This document shows, in pieces, positions 38,267-50,481 of a DNA stretch of 51,849 bases. The translations under genes and the position numbers were made by a program. The stretch spans positions 1 to 51,849 of the forward strand of contig CALMIF010000384.1 in the NCBI GenBank assembly GCA_937864045.1. Reading direction: 5' to 3'. Each line of letters opens with the position of its first letter. Within the stretch, counting starts at the first letter, position 1. This stretch comes from an uncultured Aquabacterium sp. GTDB taxonomy: Bacteria > Pseudomonadota > Gammaproteobacteria > Burkholderiales > Burkholderiaceae_C. The notes under the pieces are model-generated. The model saw nothing but the letters and a program-made list of their open reading frames with translations, made no database searches and was not told the origin of the DNA.

Positions 38267-39273
38267 CATCCAGCTCCGCGTCTCCCGCCCCGGGCCAGCC
38301 CGTCCACACCCGCATTGCCGGCACTGGCAGCCTGCTGCCGCCGCGGCGACTGACGAATGCCGATCTCGCCGCGGAACTGGCGGCCAAGGGCATCGAGACC
38401 AGCGACGAGTGGATCGTCGAGCGCACCGGCATCCGCGCCCGCCACTTCGTCGACGCCGGCACCAACGCCAGCGACCTGGCCGCCGGCGCCGCCCGTCATG
38501 CCATGGAAGCTGCCGGCTGCCAGCCGTCGGACATCGACCTGATCATCGTCGCCACGTCCACGCCGGACATGGTCTTCCCGTCGACCGCCTGCATCGTGCA
38601 GCACAAGCTGGGCATCGCCGGCTGCCCGGCCTTCGACGTGCAGGCGGTGTGCTCGGGCTTCGTCTACGCGCTGACCGTGGCCGACGCGATGATCCGCACC
38701 GGCAGCGCCCGCCGCGCCTTGGTGATCGGCGCTGAAGTGTTTTCGCGCATCCTCGACTTCAACGACCGCGGCACTTGCGTGCTGTTCGGCGATGGCGCCG
38801 GTGCCGTGGTGCTCGAAGCCAGCGCCACGCCCGGCATCCTGGCCACCGACCTGCACGCCGACGGCAAGCATGTCGGCATCCTGTGCGTGCCGGGCACGGT
38901 CTCGGGCGGCCAGGTGCTGGGTGACCCGCTGCTGAAGATGGACGGCCAGGCCGTGTTCAAGCTGGCCGTGGGCGTGCTCGAACAAGCTGCCCGCGCCACG
39001 CTGGAGAAAGCCGGCCGGACCGACGCCGACATCGACTGGCTGATCCCGCACCAGGCCAACATCCGCATCATGCAGGGCACGGCCAAGCGGCTGAAGCTGC
39101 CGCTGGACAAGCTGATCGTCACCGTCGACCACCACGGCAACACCTCGGCGGCGTCGATCCCGCTGGCGCTGGACGAGGCGGTGCGCTCGGGTCGTGTCCA
39201 ACGCGGCGACACGCTGATGCTCGAAGGCGTCGGCGGCGGCTTCACCTGGGGTGCGGTGCTGCTCGACTACTGA
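38263..39273 (+). CDS. fabH: Beta-ketoacyl-ACP synthase III
   Basis: TSDEWI..RTGI, AVCSGF (Cys), [28 protein letters not shown]. Confidence 0.97.
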   Translation: MTSSSASPAPGQPVHTRIAGTGSLLPPRRLTNADLAAELAAKGIETSDEWIVERTGIRARHFVDAGTNASDLAAGAARHAMEAAGCQPSDIDLIIVATSTPDMVFPSTACIVQHKLGIAGCPAFDVQAVCSGFVYALTVADAMIRTGSARRALVIGAEVFSRILDFNDRGTCVLFGDGAGAVVLEASATPGILATDLHADGKHVGILCVPGTVSGGQVLGDPLLKMDGQAVFKLAVGVLEQAARATLEKAGRTDADIDWLIPHQANIRIMQGTAKRLKLPLDKLIVTVDHHGNTSAASIPLALDEAVRSGRVQRGDTLMLEGVGGGFTWGAVLLDY

Positions 39274-39329
39274 GCCGCCGGGCCCATCTTCCACTCCACT
39301 GAATCCTGCCGACAGGAGCGATCCTCTCG

Positions 39330-40268
39330 ATGACTGCGTTTGCCTTCGTCTTTCCCGGCCAGGGGTCCCAGGCCGTGGGCATGCTCGACGCCTGGGGTGA
39401 CCATCCCGCCGTGCGCGCCACGCTGGAAGAAGCGTCCGCCGCGCTGGGCGAGGACATCGCCGCCCTGATCGCCGGCGGCCCCAAGGAGCAACTGGACCTG
39501 ACCACCAACACCCAGCCGGTGATGCTGACCGCAGCCATCGCCGCCTGGCGCGCCTGGCTGGCCGAGGGTGGTGCCCAGCCGGTGGCCGTGGCCGGCCACT
39601 CGCTGGGCGAGTACAGCGCCCTGGTCGCTGCCGGCGCGCTGACGCTGGCCGACGCGCTGCCGCTGGTGCGCCTGCGTGCGCAGGCCATGCAGCAGGCGGT
39701 GCCGGTGGGGCGGGGTGCGATGGCGGCCATCCTGGGCCTGGACGCCGCCGCCGTGGTCGCCGGCTGCGCCGAGGCCGCTGCCGCCAGCGGCGAGGTGGTG
39801 TCCGCCGCCAACTTCAACGACCCCAAGCAGACCGTGATCTCGGGCAGCCAGGCGGGCGTGGCCAAGGCCTGTGAGCTGCTGAAGGCCGCCGGCGCCAAGC
39901 GGGCGCTGCCGCTGGCGGTGTCGGCACCGTTCCACTGCGCGCTGATGCAGCCTGCCGCCGAGGCGCTGCGCACCGCCCTGGTCGGCGTGCCGGTCCAGAT
40001 GCCGGCGATCCCGGTGGTCAACAACATCGACGTCGCCGCGCCGGCCGACCCGGCAGCGATCCGCGATGCGCTGTACCGCCAGGCCGCCGGCCCGGTGCGC
40101 TGGGTGGAAGTGGTGGGCGCGCTGAAGGCGCGCGGTGCCACCCACATCATCGAATGCGGTCCGGGCAAGGTGCTGGCCGGCATGGTCAAGCGCATCGACG
40201 GCGAACTCGCCAGCGGCGCGATCTTCGACCCGGCTTCGCTGGCCGAGACCAAGGGCGTGCTGGCATGA
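39330..40268 (+). CDS. fabD: Malonyl-CoA:ACP transacylase
   Basis: FPGQGSQ, TQP, GHSLGEYSAL, VSAPFH, ECGPGKVL. Confidence 0.97.
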   Translation: MTAFAFVFPGQGSQAVGMLDAWGDHPAVRATLEEASAALGEDIAALIAGGPKEQLDLTTNTQPVMLTAAIAAWRAWLAEGGAQPVAVAGHSLGEYSALVAAGALTLADALPLVRLRAQAMQQAVPVGRGAMAAILGLDAAAVVAGCAEAAAASGEVVSAANFNDPKQTVISGSQAGVAKACELLKAAGAKRALPLAVSAPFHCALMQPAAEALRTALVGVPVQMPAIPVVNNIDVAAPADPAAIRDALYRQAAGPVRWVEVVGALKARGATHIIECGPGKVLAGMVKRIDGELASGAIFDPASLAETKGVLA

Positions 40269-41002
40269 GCGACACCAAGCAAGTCGCACTGGTCACCGGC
40301 GCTTCGCGCGGCATCGGCCGCGCCATCGCCACCACGCTGGCGGCGCAGGGCTTCACCGTCATCGGCACCGCCACCACCGAGGCCGGTGCCGCCGCCATCG
40401 GCGAGGCCCTGGCGCCGCATGGCGGGCGCGGGCTGCAACTCGACGTCAACGACGGCGCCGCGGTCGAGGCTGCGATCGACGCCATCGTCAAGGGCGACGG
40501 CGGCCTGCACGTGCTGGTCAACAACGCCGGGATCACGCGCGACACGCTGGCCATGCGCATGAAGGACGCCGACTGGGACGCGGTGCTGGACACGAACCTG
40601 AAGGCCGTGTTCCGCGCCAGCCGCGCGGCGATCCGGCCGATGATGAAGCAGCGCTTCGGCCGCATCGTCAATATCACCTCGGTGGTGGGTGCCAGCGGCA
40701 ATGCCGGCCAGGCGAACTACGCCGCCGCCAAGGCTGGCGTGGCCGGCATGACCCGCGCCCTGGCGCGTGAGCTGGGCAGCCGCAACATCACCGTCAACTG
40801 CGTCGCACCGGGCTTCATCGCCACCGACATGACGGCCGAACTGCCCGAGGCCCAGAAGGCCGCGCTGCTGGGTCAGATCCCCCTCGGCCGGCTGGGTACG
40901 CCCGAGGAGATCGCCCACGCGGTGGCCTTCCTCGCCAGCCCGCTGGCCGGCTACATCACCGGCACCGAACTGCACGTCAACGGCGGCATGGACATGCGCT
41001 GA
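40265..41002 (+). CDS. fabG: 3-oxoacyl-ACP reductase
   Basis: TGASRGIG, NNAGITRD, NYAAAK, APGFIATDMT, VNGG; ATG 40265 overlaps the fabD stop. Confidence 0.97.
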   Translation: MSDTKQVALVTGASRGIGRAIATTLAAQGFTVIGTATTEAGAAAIGEALAPHGGRGLQLDVNDGAAVEAAIDAIVKGDGGLHVLVNNAGITRDTLAMRMKDADWDAVLDTNLKAVFRASRAAIRPMMKQRFGRIVNITSVVGASGNAGQANYAAAKAGVAGMTRALARELGSRNITVNCVAPGFIATDMTAELPEAQKAALLGQIPLGRLGTPEEIAHAVAFLASPLAGYITGTELHVNGGMDMR

Positions 41003-41093
41003 GCCGGCTTGTCCGGCACCCCACGAATCCCACCGGTCACGAGCCCGACCGGCCCGGCGTCAGAGCCTGTCAGGTGACAGGCCGCACCGCCGG

Positions 41094-41099
41094 TAGAAT
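41094..41099 (+). promoter_or_regulatory. Putative -10 element of the acpP promoter
   Basis: TAGAAT about 40 nt upstream of acpP, followed by a strong GGAGGAG Shine-Dalgarno. Confidence 0.5.
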
Positions 41100-41115
41100 C
41101 CCGGGCTGTTTTTGA

Positions 41116-41376
<261 letters not shown>

Positions 41377-41388
41377 TGCCGGTCTGAC

Positions 41389-42633
41389 ATGAGCCGTCGT
41401 CGCGTCGTCATCACCGGTCTCGGGCTGATCAGCCCGGTGGGCAACACCGTGGCCGAAGGCTGGGCGAACATCGTCGCCGGGCGTTCCGGCATCGACAACG
41501 TCACGCGTTTCGATGCCTCGGGCCTGGCCTGCCGCTTCGCCGGCGAGGTCAAGGGCTTCAATGTCGAGGACTACATCCCCGGCAAGGAAGCCCGCCACAT
41601 GGACAGCTTCATCCACTACGGGATGGCGGCGTCGATCCAGGCGGTGCAGGACGCCGGTCTGCCCACCGGTGACGCGCTGACCGAGGAATCGGCCGAGCGC
41701 ATCGGCGTGATGGTCGGTTCGGGCATCGGCGGCCTGCCGATGATCGAGCAGACGCAGATCGAGTACGCCGCACGCGGCGCCCGGCGCATCTCGCCGTTCT
41801 TCGTGCCGGCCTCGATCATCAACATGATCTCGGGCCATGTGTCGATCAAGTACGGCTTCACCGGCCCGAACATGGCGATCGTCACGGCCTGCACCACCGG
41901 CCTGCACTGCATCGGCGAGGCCGGTCGGCTGATCGAGTATGGCGATGCCGACGTGATGGTGGCCGGCGGTGCCGAGAGCACCGTCTCGCCGCTGGGCATC
42001 GGCGGCTTCGCCGCAGCGCGGGCGCTGTCCACCCGCAACGACGATCCCAAGACCGCCAGCCGGCCCTGGGACAAGGACCGCGACGGCTTCGTGCTGGGCG
42101 AGGGTGCCGGCGTGCTGGTGCTCGAAGAGTACGAACACGCGAAGAAGCGCGGCGCGAAGATCTACGCCGAGCTCGCCGGCTTTGGCATGGGCGCGGACGC
42201 GTACCACATGACCGCGCCCAACGTCGACGGCCCCAAGCGCAGCATGCGTGCGGCGCTGCGCAATGCCGGCCTCAACGCCGACGCGGTGCAGTACCTCAAT
42301 GCGCACGGCACGTCCACGCCCCTGGGCGACCTGAACGAGACCAACGCGATCAAGCTGGCCTTTGGCGACCACGCGACAAAGCTGGTCGTCAACTCGACGA
42401 AGTCGATGACCGGCCACCTGCTGGGCGGCGCCGGCGGCATCGAGAGCGTGTTCACCGCGCTGGCCGTGCACCACCAGGTGTCGCCGCCGACGATCAACAT
42501 CTTCAACCAGGACCCGGAATGCGACCTGGACTACTGCGCCAACACCGCGCGGGAGATGAAGATCGACGTGGCGGTGAAGAACAACTTCGGTTTCGGCGGC
42601 ACCAACGGCACGCTGGTCCTGCGCCGCGTGTGA
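41389..42633 (+). CDS. fabF: Beta-ketoacyl-ACP synthase II
   Basis: RRVVITGLG, TACTTG, NAHGTST, STKSMTGHLLG, NNFGFGGTN. Confidence 0.97.
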   Translation: MSRRRVVITGLGLISPVGNTVAEGWANIVAGRSGIDNVTRFDASGLACRFAGEVKGFNVEDYIPGKEARHMDSFIHYGMAASIQAVQDAGLPTGDALTEESAERIGVMVGSGIGGLPMIEQTQIEYAARGARRISPFFVPASIINMISGHVSIKYGFTGPNMAIVTACTTGLHCIGEAGRLIEYGDADVMVAGGAESTVSPLGIGGFAAARALSTRNDDPKTASRPWDKDRDGFVLGEGAGVLVLEEYEHAKKRGAKIYAELAGFGMGADAYHMTAPNVDGPKRSMRAALRNAGLNADAVQYLNAHGTSTPLGDLNETNAIKLAFGDHATKLVVNSTKSMTGHLLGGAGGIESVFTALAVHHQVSPPTINIFNQDPECDLDYCANTAREMKIDVAVKNNFGFGGTNGTLVLRRV

Positions 42634-42651
42634 CCGCGCCCGGCCACGCGC

Positions 42652-43131
42652 ATGCGCGCTGCGCCGCCGGTCGACGCTGCGCTGGACACCGGGCGGCGTG
42701 AGCGCATGCTGACCGTGCTGCTGCATGCACTGGCCGGCGCAGTGCTGGGCGCCTGGCTGGCCCTGCATGCCGAAGTGCGCGCCGTTGTCGCCTGGGCAAC
42801 TGCCTTGGGTGCCTCGACGACGCTGCTGGCGGCGCTCGGCTGGTGGCTGGCGCGCCGTACCTGGTCATCGACACCCGGCCACCTGCGCTGGGACGGTGCG
42901 CAGTGGTGCTGTGCCGGCAGCGGTCACAGCCTGCCGCTGGCACGGGTGGTCGTCGCGCTGGACCTGGGCACCTGGGTGCTGCTGCGCCTGCATCCCGCTG
43001 ATGGCACCGCGCCGCTCTGGCGGGCGGCCAGCGCCTGCGGCGCGGGTGGGGCCTGGCATGGCCTGCGCCTGGCGCTGGCGGCGCACGCCGGGGCGCCACC
43101 GCTGGCCGACGATGGCGAGGCCGCACGGTGA
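42652..43131 (+). CDS. Hypothetical membrane protein (YgfX-like position between fabF and rpoE)
   Basis: Two hydrophobic segments, then LRWDG..W and LDLG.WVLLRL; stop overlaps the rpoE start. Confidence 0.6.
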   Translation: MRAAPPVDAALDTGRRERMLTVLLHALAGAVLGAWLALHAEVRAVVAWATALGASTTLLAALGWWLARRTWSSTPGHLRWDGAQWCCAGSGHSLPLARVVVALDLGTWVLLRLHPADGTAPLWRAASACGAGGAWHGLRLALAAHAGAPPLADDGEAAR

Positions 43132-43739
43132 CGATCGACGACGCCGACGCGGCCCTGGTGGCGCGCGCCAAGGGAGGCGACCCCCGCGCCTTCGAGATGC
43201 TGGTCGTCAAGTACCAGCGCCGCATCGAACGCCTGATCGCCCGGATGGTGCGCGATGTCGACCTGGTGCAGGACATCGCCCAGGAAAGCTTCATCCGCGC
43301 CTACCGCGCCCTGCCGCAGTTCCGCGGCGACAGCGCGTTCTACACCTGGCTCTACCGCATCGCCGTCAACACCGCGAAGAAGGCCCTGGTCGACCTGAAG
43401 CGTGACCCCTTGGTGACGGAGTCGGCACGGGCCGGGGCCGACGATGACGAGGATGAAACTTCCCGCGTCGAGCGCGAACTAACCGACGGCGAGACACCCG
43501 AAGCGGTGCTGGCCAGCAAGGAGATCGCGCGCACCGTGAACGCCGCCATCGAGGCGCTGTCCGAGGACCTGCGGCAGGCCATCACGCTGCGCGAGATCGA
43601 AGGCCTGAGCTACGAAGAGATTGCCGAACTGATGAACTGCCCCATCGGCACCGTGCGCTCCCGCATCTTCCGGGCGCGCGAATCGATCGCCCAGCGGCTG
43701 CGTCCGCTGCTGGACACGCGCGAAGGCGAACGATGGTGA
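43128..43739 (+). CDS. rpoE: ECF sigma factor RpoE
   Basis: AFEMLVVKYQ, FRGDSAFYTWLYRIAVNTAK, LREIEGLSYEEIA..M.CPIGTVRSRIFRAR. Confidence 0.97.
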   Translation: MTIDDADAALVARAKGGDPRAFEMLVVKYQRRIERLIARMVRDVDLVQDIAQESFIRAYRALPQFRGDSAFYTWLYRIAVNTAKKALVDLKRDPLVTESARAGADDDEDETSRVERELTDGETPEAVLASKEIARTVNAAIEALSEDLRQAITLREIEGLSYEEIAELMNCPIGTVRSRIFRARESIAQRLRPLLDTREGERW

Positions 43740-43826
43740 CAGCCCGCCTCCAGCGCCTGCGGCGCGACCCCTTCACCGCCCCGGGCCCGGCCGCCCGGCC
43801 GATTGCCCCGAAGACGATTGCCCACC

Positions 43827-44462
43827 ATGTCCAACCGGTCTGATGCTCCCGATCCACGGCGCTTGCGGTTGTCGTCCCTGATGGACGGGGAACTCTCCGG
43901 CGACGAGGCGGCCGACGCCTGCGCCCTGTGGCGCCAGGCGCCCGATGCACGTGCCGACTGGCATGCCTGGCACCTGGTTGGCGACGTGCTGCGCAGCGAC
44001 GATCTGGCGCTGCGCCCTGCCCGCGACGAAGCCTTCCTGCAGGCGCTGCGCCTTCGGCTGGCCGATGAACCGGTGCCGTTGGCGCCCGCCGCGCTGCAGG
44101 AGCCGCAGACCGTGGCGTCCACCCCGGTCTCCCTGGCGGCCCATGGTGCTGTCGCGCAGGGGCTGGCCGGGCGCGGTGCGCCCCGGCGCCGTGGTCTGCG
44201 CGGCTGGGTGGTGGCCCCGGCAGCATTGGCCGCCGGTTTCCTGGCCGTGGTGGGCGTGACCCTGGTCACCCGTCACACGGCGCCCGAGTCCGGACCGGCG
44301 ACGCTGGCCCGTGCCGAGGGGCCGGCTGCCGCCGCGTCGGCCGTGCTGGTGCGCAACGCCCAGCTCGACCGCTACCTGTTGGCGCACCGGGCGCTGGCCA
44401 GCGGCACCATGGCCGGTGCCGGCGCCGAGCAGCGCATGCACATCGTTTTCGAAGGGCGCTGA
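43827..44462 (+). CDS. rseA: Anti-sigma-E factor RseA
   Basis: LSSLMDGE, W..WHLVGDVLR, single TM, LDRYLLAH; follows rpoE. Confidence 0.9.
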   Translation: MSNRSDAPDPRRLRLSSLMDGELSGDEAADACALWRQAPDARADWHAWHLVGDVLRSDDLALRPARDEAFLQALRLRLADEPVPLAPAALQEPQTVASTPVSLAAHGAVAQGLAGRGAPRRRGLRGWVVAPAALAAGFLAVVGVTLVTRHTAPESGPATLARAEGPAAAASAVLVRNAQLDRYLLAHRALASGTMAGAGAEQRMHIVFEGR

Positions 44463-44464
44463 GC

Positions 44465-45514
44465 GTGGGGTGTTTGCGGTCCCCGCGGTGCCGATGGCTG
44501 GTCGGTGCCGGCCTGTCTGCGGCGCTGATGCTGGCACCGGGCGCCCGTGCCGGGCAGCCGGCCTCTGCCGCCGCTGCGCTGGCTGCGCCTGCGGTGGCCC
44601 CTGTCAGCGATGCCGACGGCTGGCTGCACCGCATCCAGCAAGCGGCGACCGGCAGCAGCTACCAGGGCACGCTGACCTTCAACGTCGGCGGCAGCACCAG
44701 CAGCGCGCGTGTGCTGCACCACTGCGATGGCCGCCAGACCTATGAGCGCCTGGAACTGCTCGACGGCGAGAGCCGTGTGCAGTACCGCCACAACGAGCAG
44801 GTCGTCACGCTCTGGCCGTCGGCCCGGCGGGCGCTGCTGGAAACGCGTGACCCGGTGGCGCAGTTCCCGGCGCTGCCGGCCGCCAGCAGCGCGCGCGTGC
44901 TGGAGAACTACGAACTGCAGAAGGTCGGGCAGGAGCGCGTGGCCGGCCAGGACAGCGATGTGCTGCTGCTCAAGCCCCGCGACCGCCTGCGCTTCGCCCA
45001 GCGCCTGTGGGCGCATCGCGAGACCGGCTTGCTGCTGCGCAACGACGTGCTGGGCGCTGCTGGCGAGGTGCTCGAATCGGCCGCCTTCGTCGACCTGAGA
45101 CTGGGCACCAGGCCGTCGGCCGAGCAGTTCCTGAAGCCGATGAAGCAGCTCGACGGCTGGCGGGTGCAGCGCCCGCCGGTCGAGCGCACCCAGCTGGAAG
45201 CCGAAGGCTGGCTGATGAGCAAGCCGGTGCCCGGCTTCCAGCTCGTCAGCAGCGTCCGCCGACCGCTGGACATGGGCCATGGCGATGGCACGCCGCCCCA
45301 GGTCATCCAGTCGGTCTTCTCCGATGGCTTGGCACAGGTCTCGGTCTTCATCGAGCGCTACGACCCGCAGCGCCATGTGCGCCCGATGGGCAGCGTCACC
45401 GGTGCTTCGCACACGGTGATGGCGCGGCGCGGCGACTGGTGGATCACGGTCGTCGGCGAGGTGCCGATGGCCACCGCCCAGCAGTTCGAGGCCGGGCTCG
45501 AACGCAAGCGTTGA
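44465..45514 (+). CDS. rseB: RseB/MucB periplasmic regulator
   Basis: Signal peptide; SYQGT, LE.LDGE, ERVAG, PRD.LRF, TGLLL, FSDGLA.VSVFIE, TVVGEVP. Confidence 0.9.
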   Translation: MGCLRSPRCRWLVGAGLSAALMLAPGARAGQPASAAAALAAPAVAPVSDADGWLHRIQQAATGSSYQGTLTFNVGGSTSSARVLHHCDGRQTYERLELLDGESRVQYRHNEQVVTLWPSARRALLETRDPVAQFPALPAASSARVLENYELQKVGQERVAGQDSDVLLLKPRDRLRFAQRLWAHRETGLLLRNDVLGAAGEVLESAAFVDLRLGTRPSAEQFLKPMKQLDGWRVQRPPVERTQLEAEGWLMSKPVPGFQLVSSVRRPLDMGHGDGTPPQVIQSVFSDGLAQVSVFIERYDPQRHVRPMGSVTGASHTVMARRGDWWITVVGEVPMATAQQFEAGLERKR

Positions 45515-45584
45515 AATGCGCGCTTGCCGCCACCACTTCCGCTGGTGGCCGATTTCTCTTTCTGGACCATCACGAGGTGCGTGG

Positions 45585-47066
45585 ATGTCTGAACTGATCG
45601 ATGCGGGGCCGCGTCCCCTGCGCAGCGGCCGGCGTGCCTGGGTGGCAGCCGGTCTGGTGACGGTGCTGGCTGCAGGCTTGCCGGCCATGCCGGTGCTGGC
45701 CCAGACCCGGGTCGAGTTGCCCGACTTCACCGAACTGGTCGAGCGGGTGGGGCCGTCGGTGGTCAACATCCGCACGATGGAGCGGGCGCGCAGCGCAGCG
45801 GTGCCGGGCGCAGGTGGCATCGACCCCAACATGGAAGAGTTCTTCCGTCGCTTCGGCATTCCGTTGCCGGGCGGTCGGGGCGCGCCGCGGTCGCCGGGTG
45901 GCGGCAACGACGACGAGCCACAACAACGCGGTGTCGGCTCGGGCTTCATCCTGAGCGCCGACGGCTACGTGATGACGAATGCCCATGTCGTCGAGGGCGC
46001 CGACGAACTGCTGGTCACCCTGACCGACAAGCGCGAGTTCAAGGCCAAGGTCATCGGCGCCGACAAGCGCACCGACGTCGCCGTGGTCAAGATCGAGACC
46101 ACCGGGCTGCCGGCGGTCAAGCTGGGCGACGTGGGCAAGCTCAAGGTGGGCGAGTGGGTCATGGCCATCGGCTCGCCCTTCGGCCTGGAGAACAGCGTGA
46201 CCGCCGGCATCGTCAGCGCCAAGGCGCGCGACACCGGTGACTATCTGCCCTTCATCCAGACCGACGTGGCGATCAACCCCGGCAACTCCGGCGGGCCGCT
46301 GATCAACCTGCGTGGCGAGGTGGTGGGCATCAACTCGCAGATCTACAGCCGCTCGGGCGGCTTCATGGGCATCTCGTTCGCGATTCCCATCGACGAGGCG
46401 AAGAACGTGGCCGACCAGCTGCGCGCCAACGGCCGGGTGATCCGCGGGCGCATCGGCGTGACCATCGCGCCGGTGACCAAGGACGTGGCCGAGTCGATCG
46501 GCCTGGGCAAGGCCACCGGCGCCCTGGTGCGCGGCGCCGAAAGCGGCGGCCCGGCCGACAAGGCCGGCATTGAGGCGGGCGACATCATCACCAAGGTCGA
46601 CGGCAAGCTGATCGAGAAGTCGGGTGACCTGCCGCGCATCGTCGGCGCTGCCAAGCCTGGCAGCAAGGCCGTGCTGCAGGTCTTTCGCCGTGGTGGCTAC
46701 CGCGATCTGACGGTGACGGTGGCCGAGTTCGAGCCCGATACGCCGGCGCGTGCCGCCCATGCGGCCAGCGGCCCGTCGGCCGGCGCGGCCAAGGCGGCGC
46801 TGGGCCTGACCGTGTCCGACCTGAGCGAGGCGAACCGGCGCGAGCTGAAGCTGCGTGGCGGCGTGCGCGTCGACGCGGTCGACGGCCCGGCGGCGCGCGC
46901 CGGCCTGCGCGAAGGCGATGTGATCCTGACGCTGGACAACACCGAGATCACCGACATCAAGCAGTTCCTGGCCGTCGCCGCCAAGGCCGAGAAGTCGCGC
47001 GCGGTCAGCGTGATGGTGCGCCGCGGCGAGTGGGTGAACTACCTGGTCATCCGGCCGGGCCGTTGA
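45585..47066 (+). CDS. HtrA-family serine protease with two PDZ domains (DegQ/MucD-like)
   Basis: LPDFTELVE, GSGFI, TNAHV, TDVAV, QTDVAINPGNSGGPL; two PDZ domains; ATG 45585 preferred. Confidence 0.95.
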   Translation: MSELIDAGPRPLRSGRRAWVAAGLVTVLAAGLPAMPVLAQTRVELPDFTELVERVGPSVVNIRTMERARSAAVPGAGGIDPNMEEFFRRFGIPLPGGRGAPRSPGGGNDDEPQQRGVGSGFILSADGYVMTNAHVVEGADELLVTLTDKREFKAKVIGADKRTDVAVVKIETTGLPAVKLGDVGKLKVGEWVMAIGSPFGLENSVTAGIVSAKARDTGDYLPFIQTDVAINPGNSGGPLINLRGEVVGINSQIYSRSGGFMGISFAIPIDEAKNVADQLRANGRVIRGRIGVTIAPVTKDVAESIGLGKATGALVRGAESGGPADKAGIEAGDIITKVDGKLIEKSGDLPRIVGAAKPGSKAVLQVFRRGGYRDLTVTVAEFEPDTPARAAHAASGPSAGAAKAALGLTVSDLSEANRRELKLRGGVRVDAVDGPAARAGLREGDVILTLDNTEITDIKQFLAVAAKAEKSRAVSVMVRRGEWVNYLVIRPGR

Positions 47067-47353
47067 TCCGGTCTGCGGCCGGAGGCTTCATCCGAGTTCG
47101 GCCGCGGGTCTTTCCGCATCGTGGCATGTGGGATGGCGGACTGCGGCGACCGGTTTGCATCAAACATCGACTGAGCGGTCGACGCTGTTGTGCGGGCTTG
47201 ACGGGCGGGAGTTGGTGATCACCAACTCCAACCGTTTGCCGCGGTCGATTGCAGTGGCGACTGGTTAGAATTCGTGCCTTCAGGCGTGGTTTGCAGCGCT
47301 TCGCGCCTGGCCTGTCGCACTTGACCAACAGTGACGCCGCACCCTGCCAAGGC

Positions 47354-47373
47354 TGTGGAAAATTTGTGGACAA
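47354..47373 (-). promoter_or_regulatory. Tandem DnaA-box-like 9-mers
   Basis: TGTGGAAAA (reverse complement TTTTCCACA, fits TTWTNCACA) and TGTGGACAA (TTGTCCACA, one mismatch), 2 nt apart. Confidence 0.5.
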
Positions 47374-47445
47374 GTCGATCCTGTTGGCACACCGCAACGG
47401 GCCCGGATGCAGCAACGGCGCGGCTTCCCGGCCGCTCGTTTTGGC

Positions 47446-47451
47446 TACAAT
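47446..47451 (+). promoter_or_regulatory. Putative -10 element upstream of lepA
   Basis: TACAAT about 180 nt upstream of the lepA ATG; -35 element weak. Confidence 0.5.
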
Positions 47452-47486
47452 GAAGAGCCAACAAGCAGTTGCCAAACATTTGTTGG

Positions 47487-47523
47487 AAGGCGCGTCTCCA
47501 CTTTGGACGTGCCTTTTTTTTTT
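47487..47523 (+). terminator. Intrinsic terminator-like hairpin in the lepA leader
   Basis: AAGGCGCGTC (47487-47496) pairs with GACGTGCCTT (47506-47515, one G-U); T run 47514-47523. Confidence 0.7.
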
Positions 47524-47631
47524 ATGCCCTGCACGCGCTGAACCGGCGCGCGTGCGTGCCCACTGCGGCGCCTGCAGCGTGCCCGGCCATCGCGCCCGGT
47601 ACAGCGCACCTCCGGGCCACCGATCGCACCC

Positions 47632-49440
<1,809 letters not shown>

Positions 49441-49486
49441 CCTGGCTGCGCTGCCCGACACCGACGAAACCGAGAACAACCCACCC

Positions 49487-50458
49487 ATGATGAGTGCTCT
49501 GACCGCCGTGCTGTACGGCGCCCTGCTGGTCTACGGCGCCGGTTGGTGGCTGGGTTACTGGATCGGCAACTTCTCGCTGCTGCTGTTCGTGCTGACCCTG
49601 GTCACGCTGCTGTACTGGCTGGCCGAGCGGTTCCGCTTCGCCCCGGCACGCGCCGCGGCCGCCGAGGCCCTGGTCGCCCAGGACAGCCAGCGCCGCGCCG
49701 AGCTGAACAAGATGGGCATCGCCCAGGTCGATGGCAACGTGGCCGCCGCCCGCGAGAAGCTGCTGATGCAGCCCTGGTGGCTGGACTGGACCGCCGGCCT
49801 GTTCCCGGTGATCCTGGCGGTGTTCCTGCTGCGCTCGTTCCTGTTCGAGCCGTTCAAGATCCCGTCGGGCTCGATGGTGCCCACGCTGCTGGTCGGCGAC
49901 CTGATCCTGGTGAACAAGTTCCACTACGGTGTGCGCCTGCCGGTGCTCAACACCAAGGTGGTGAAGAACAACGACCCGAAGCGCGGTGACGTGATCGTCT
50001 TCCGCTACCCGGTCGACACCCGGGTCGACTACATCAAGCGGGTGGTCGGCATTCCGGGCGACGAGATCAGCTATACCAACCAGCGCCTGGCGGTGAACGG
50101 CAAGCTGGTCGACGTGCAATCGCTCGGCGACTACTACGACGACGACAGCATGCGCTACGCGCCGAAGTACACCGAGAAGCTGGGCGAGGTGGCGCACAGC
50201 ATCCTGGTCGACCCCAAGCGCGCCTCGATCTACCGGCCGATGGAGAGCTTCGTCAACTTCCGTGACAACTGCCGCTACACGGCCGAGGGCATCACGTGCA
50301 AAGTGCCGGCCGGCCATTACTTCGTGATGGGCGACAACCGGGACAATTCGCAGGATTCGCGCTACTGGGGGTTCGTTCCCGACGAGAACATCGTCGGCCG
50401 CGCCTTCATGGTGTGGATGAACTTCGGCAACCTGCGCCGCATCGGCAGCTTCGACTGA
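49487..50458 (+). CDS. lepB: Signal peptidase I
   Basis: EPFKIPSGSMVPTL (Ser), DYIKRVVG (Lys), GDNRDNSQDSR. Confidence 0.98.
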   Translation: MMSALTAVLYGALLVYGAGWWLGYWIGNFSLLLFVLTLVTLLYWLAERFRFAPARAAAAEALVAQDSQRRAELNKMGIAQVDGNVAAAREKLLMQPWWLDWTAGLFPVILAVFLLRSFLFEPFKIPSGSMVPTLLVGDLILVNKFHYGVRLPVLNTKVVKNNDPKRGDVIVFRYPVDTRVDYIKRVVGIPGDEISYTNQRLAVNGKLVDVQSLGDYYDDDSMRYAPKYTEKLGEVAHSILVDPKRASIYRPMESFVNFRDNCRYTAEGITCKVPAGHYFVMGDNRDNSQDSRYWGFVPDENIVGRAFMVWMNFGNLRRIGSFD

Positions 50459-50481
50459 TGCGGGGCACACAGCGGGGCAGC

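Noticed and set aside
47340-47530. Possible replication origin at the DnaA-box-like motifs
   Set aside because: Only two boxes, no clear unwinding element, and none of the usual neighbours (dnaA, gidA, parAB).
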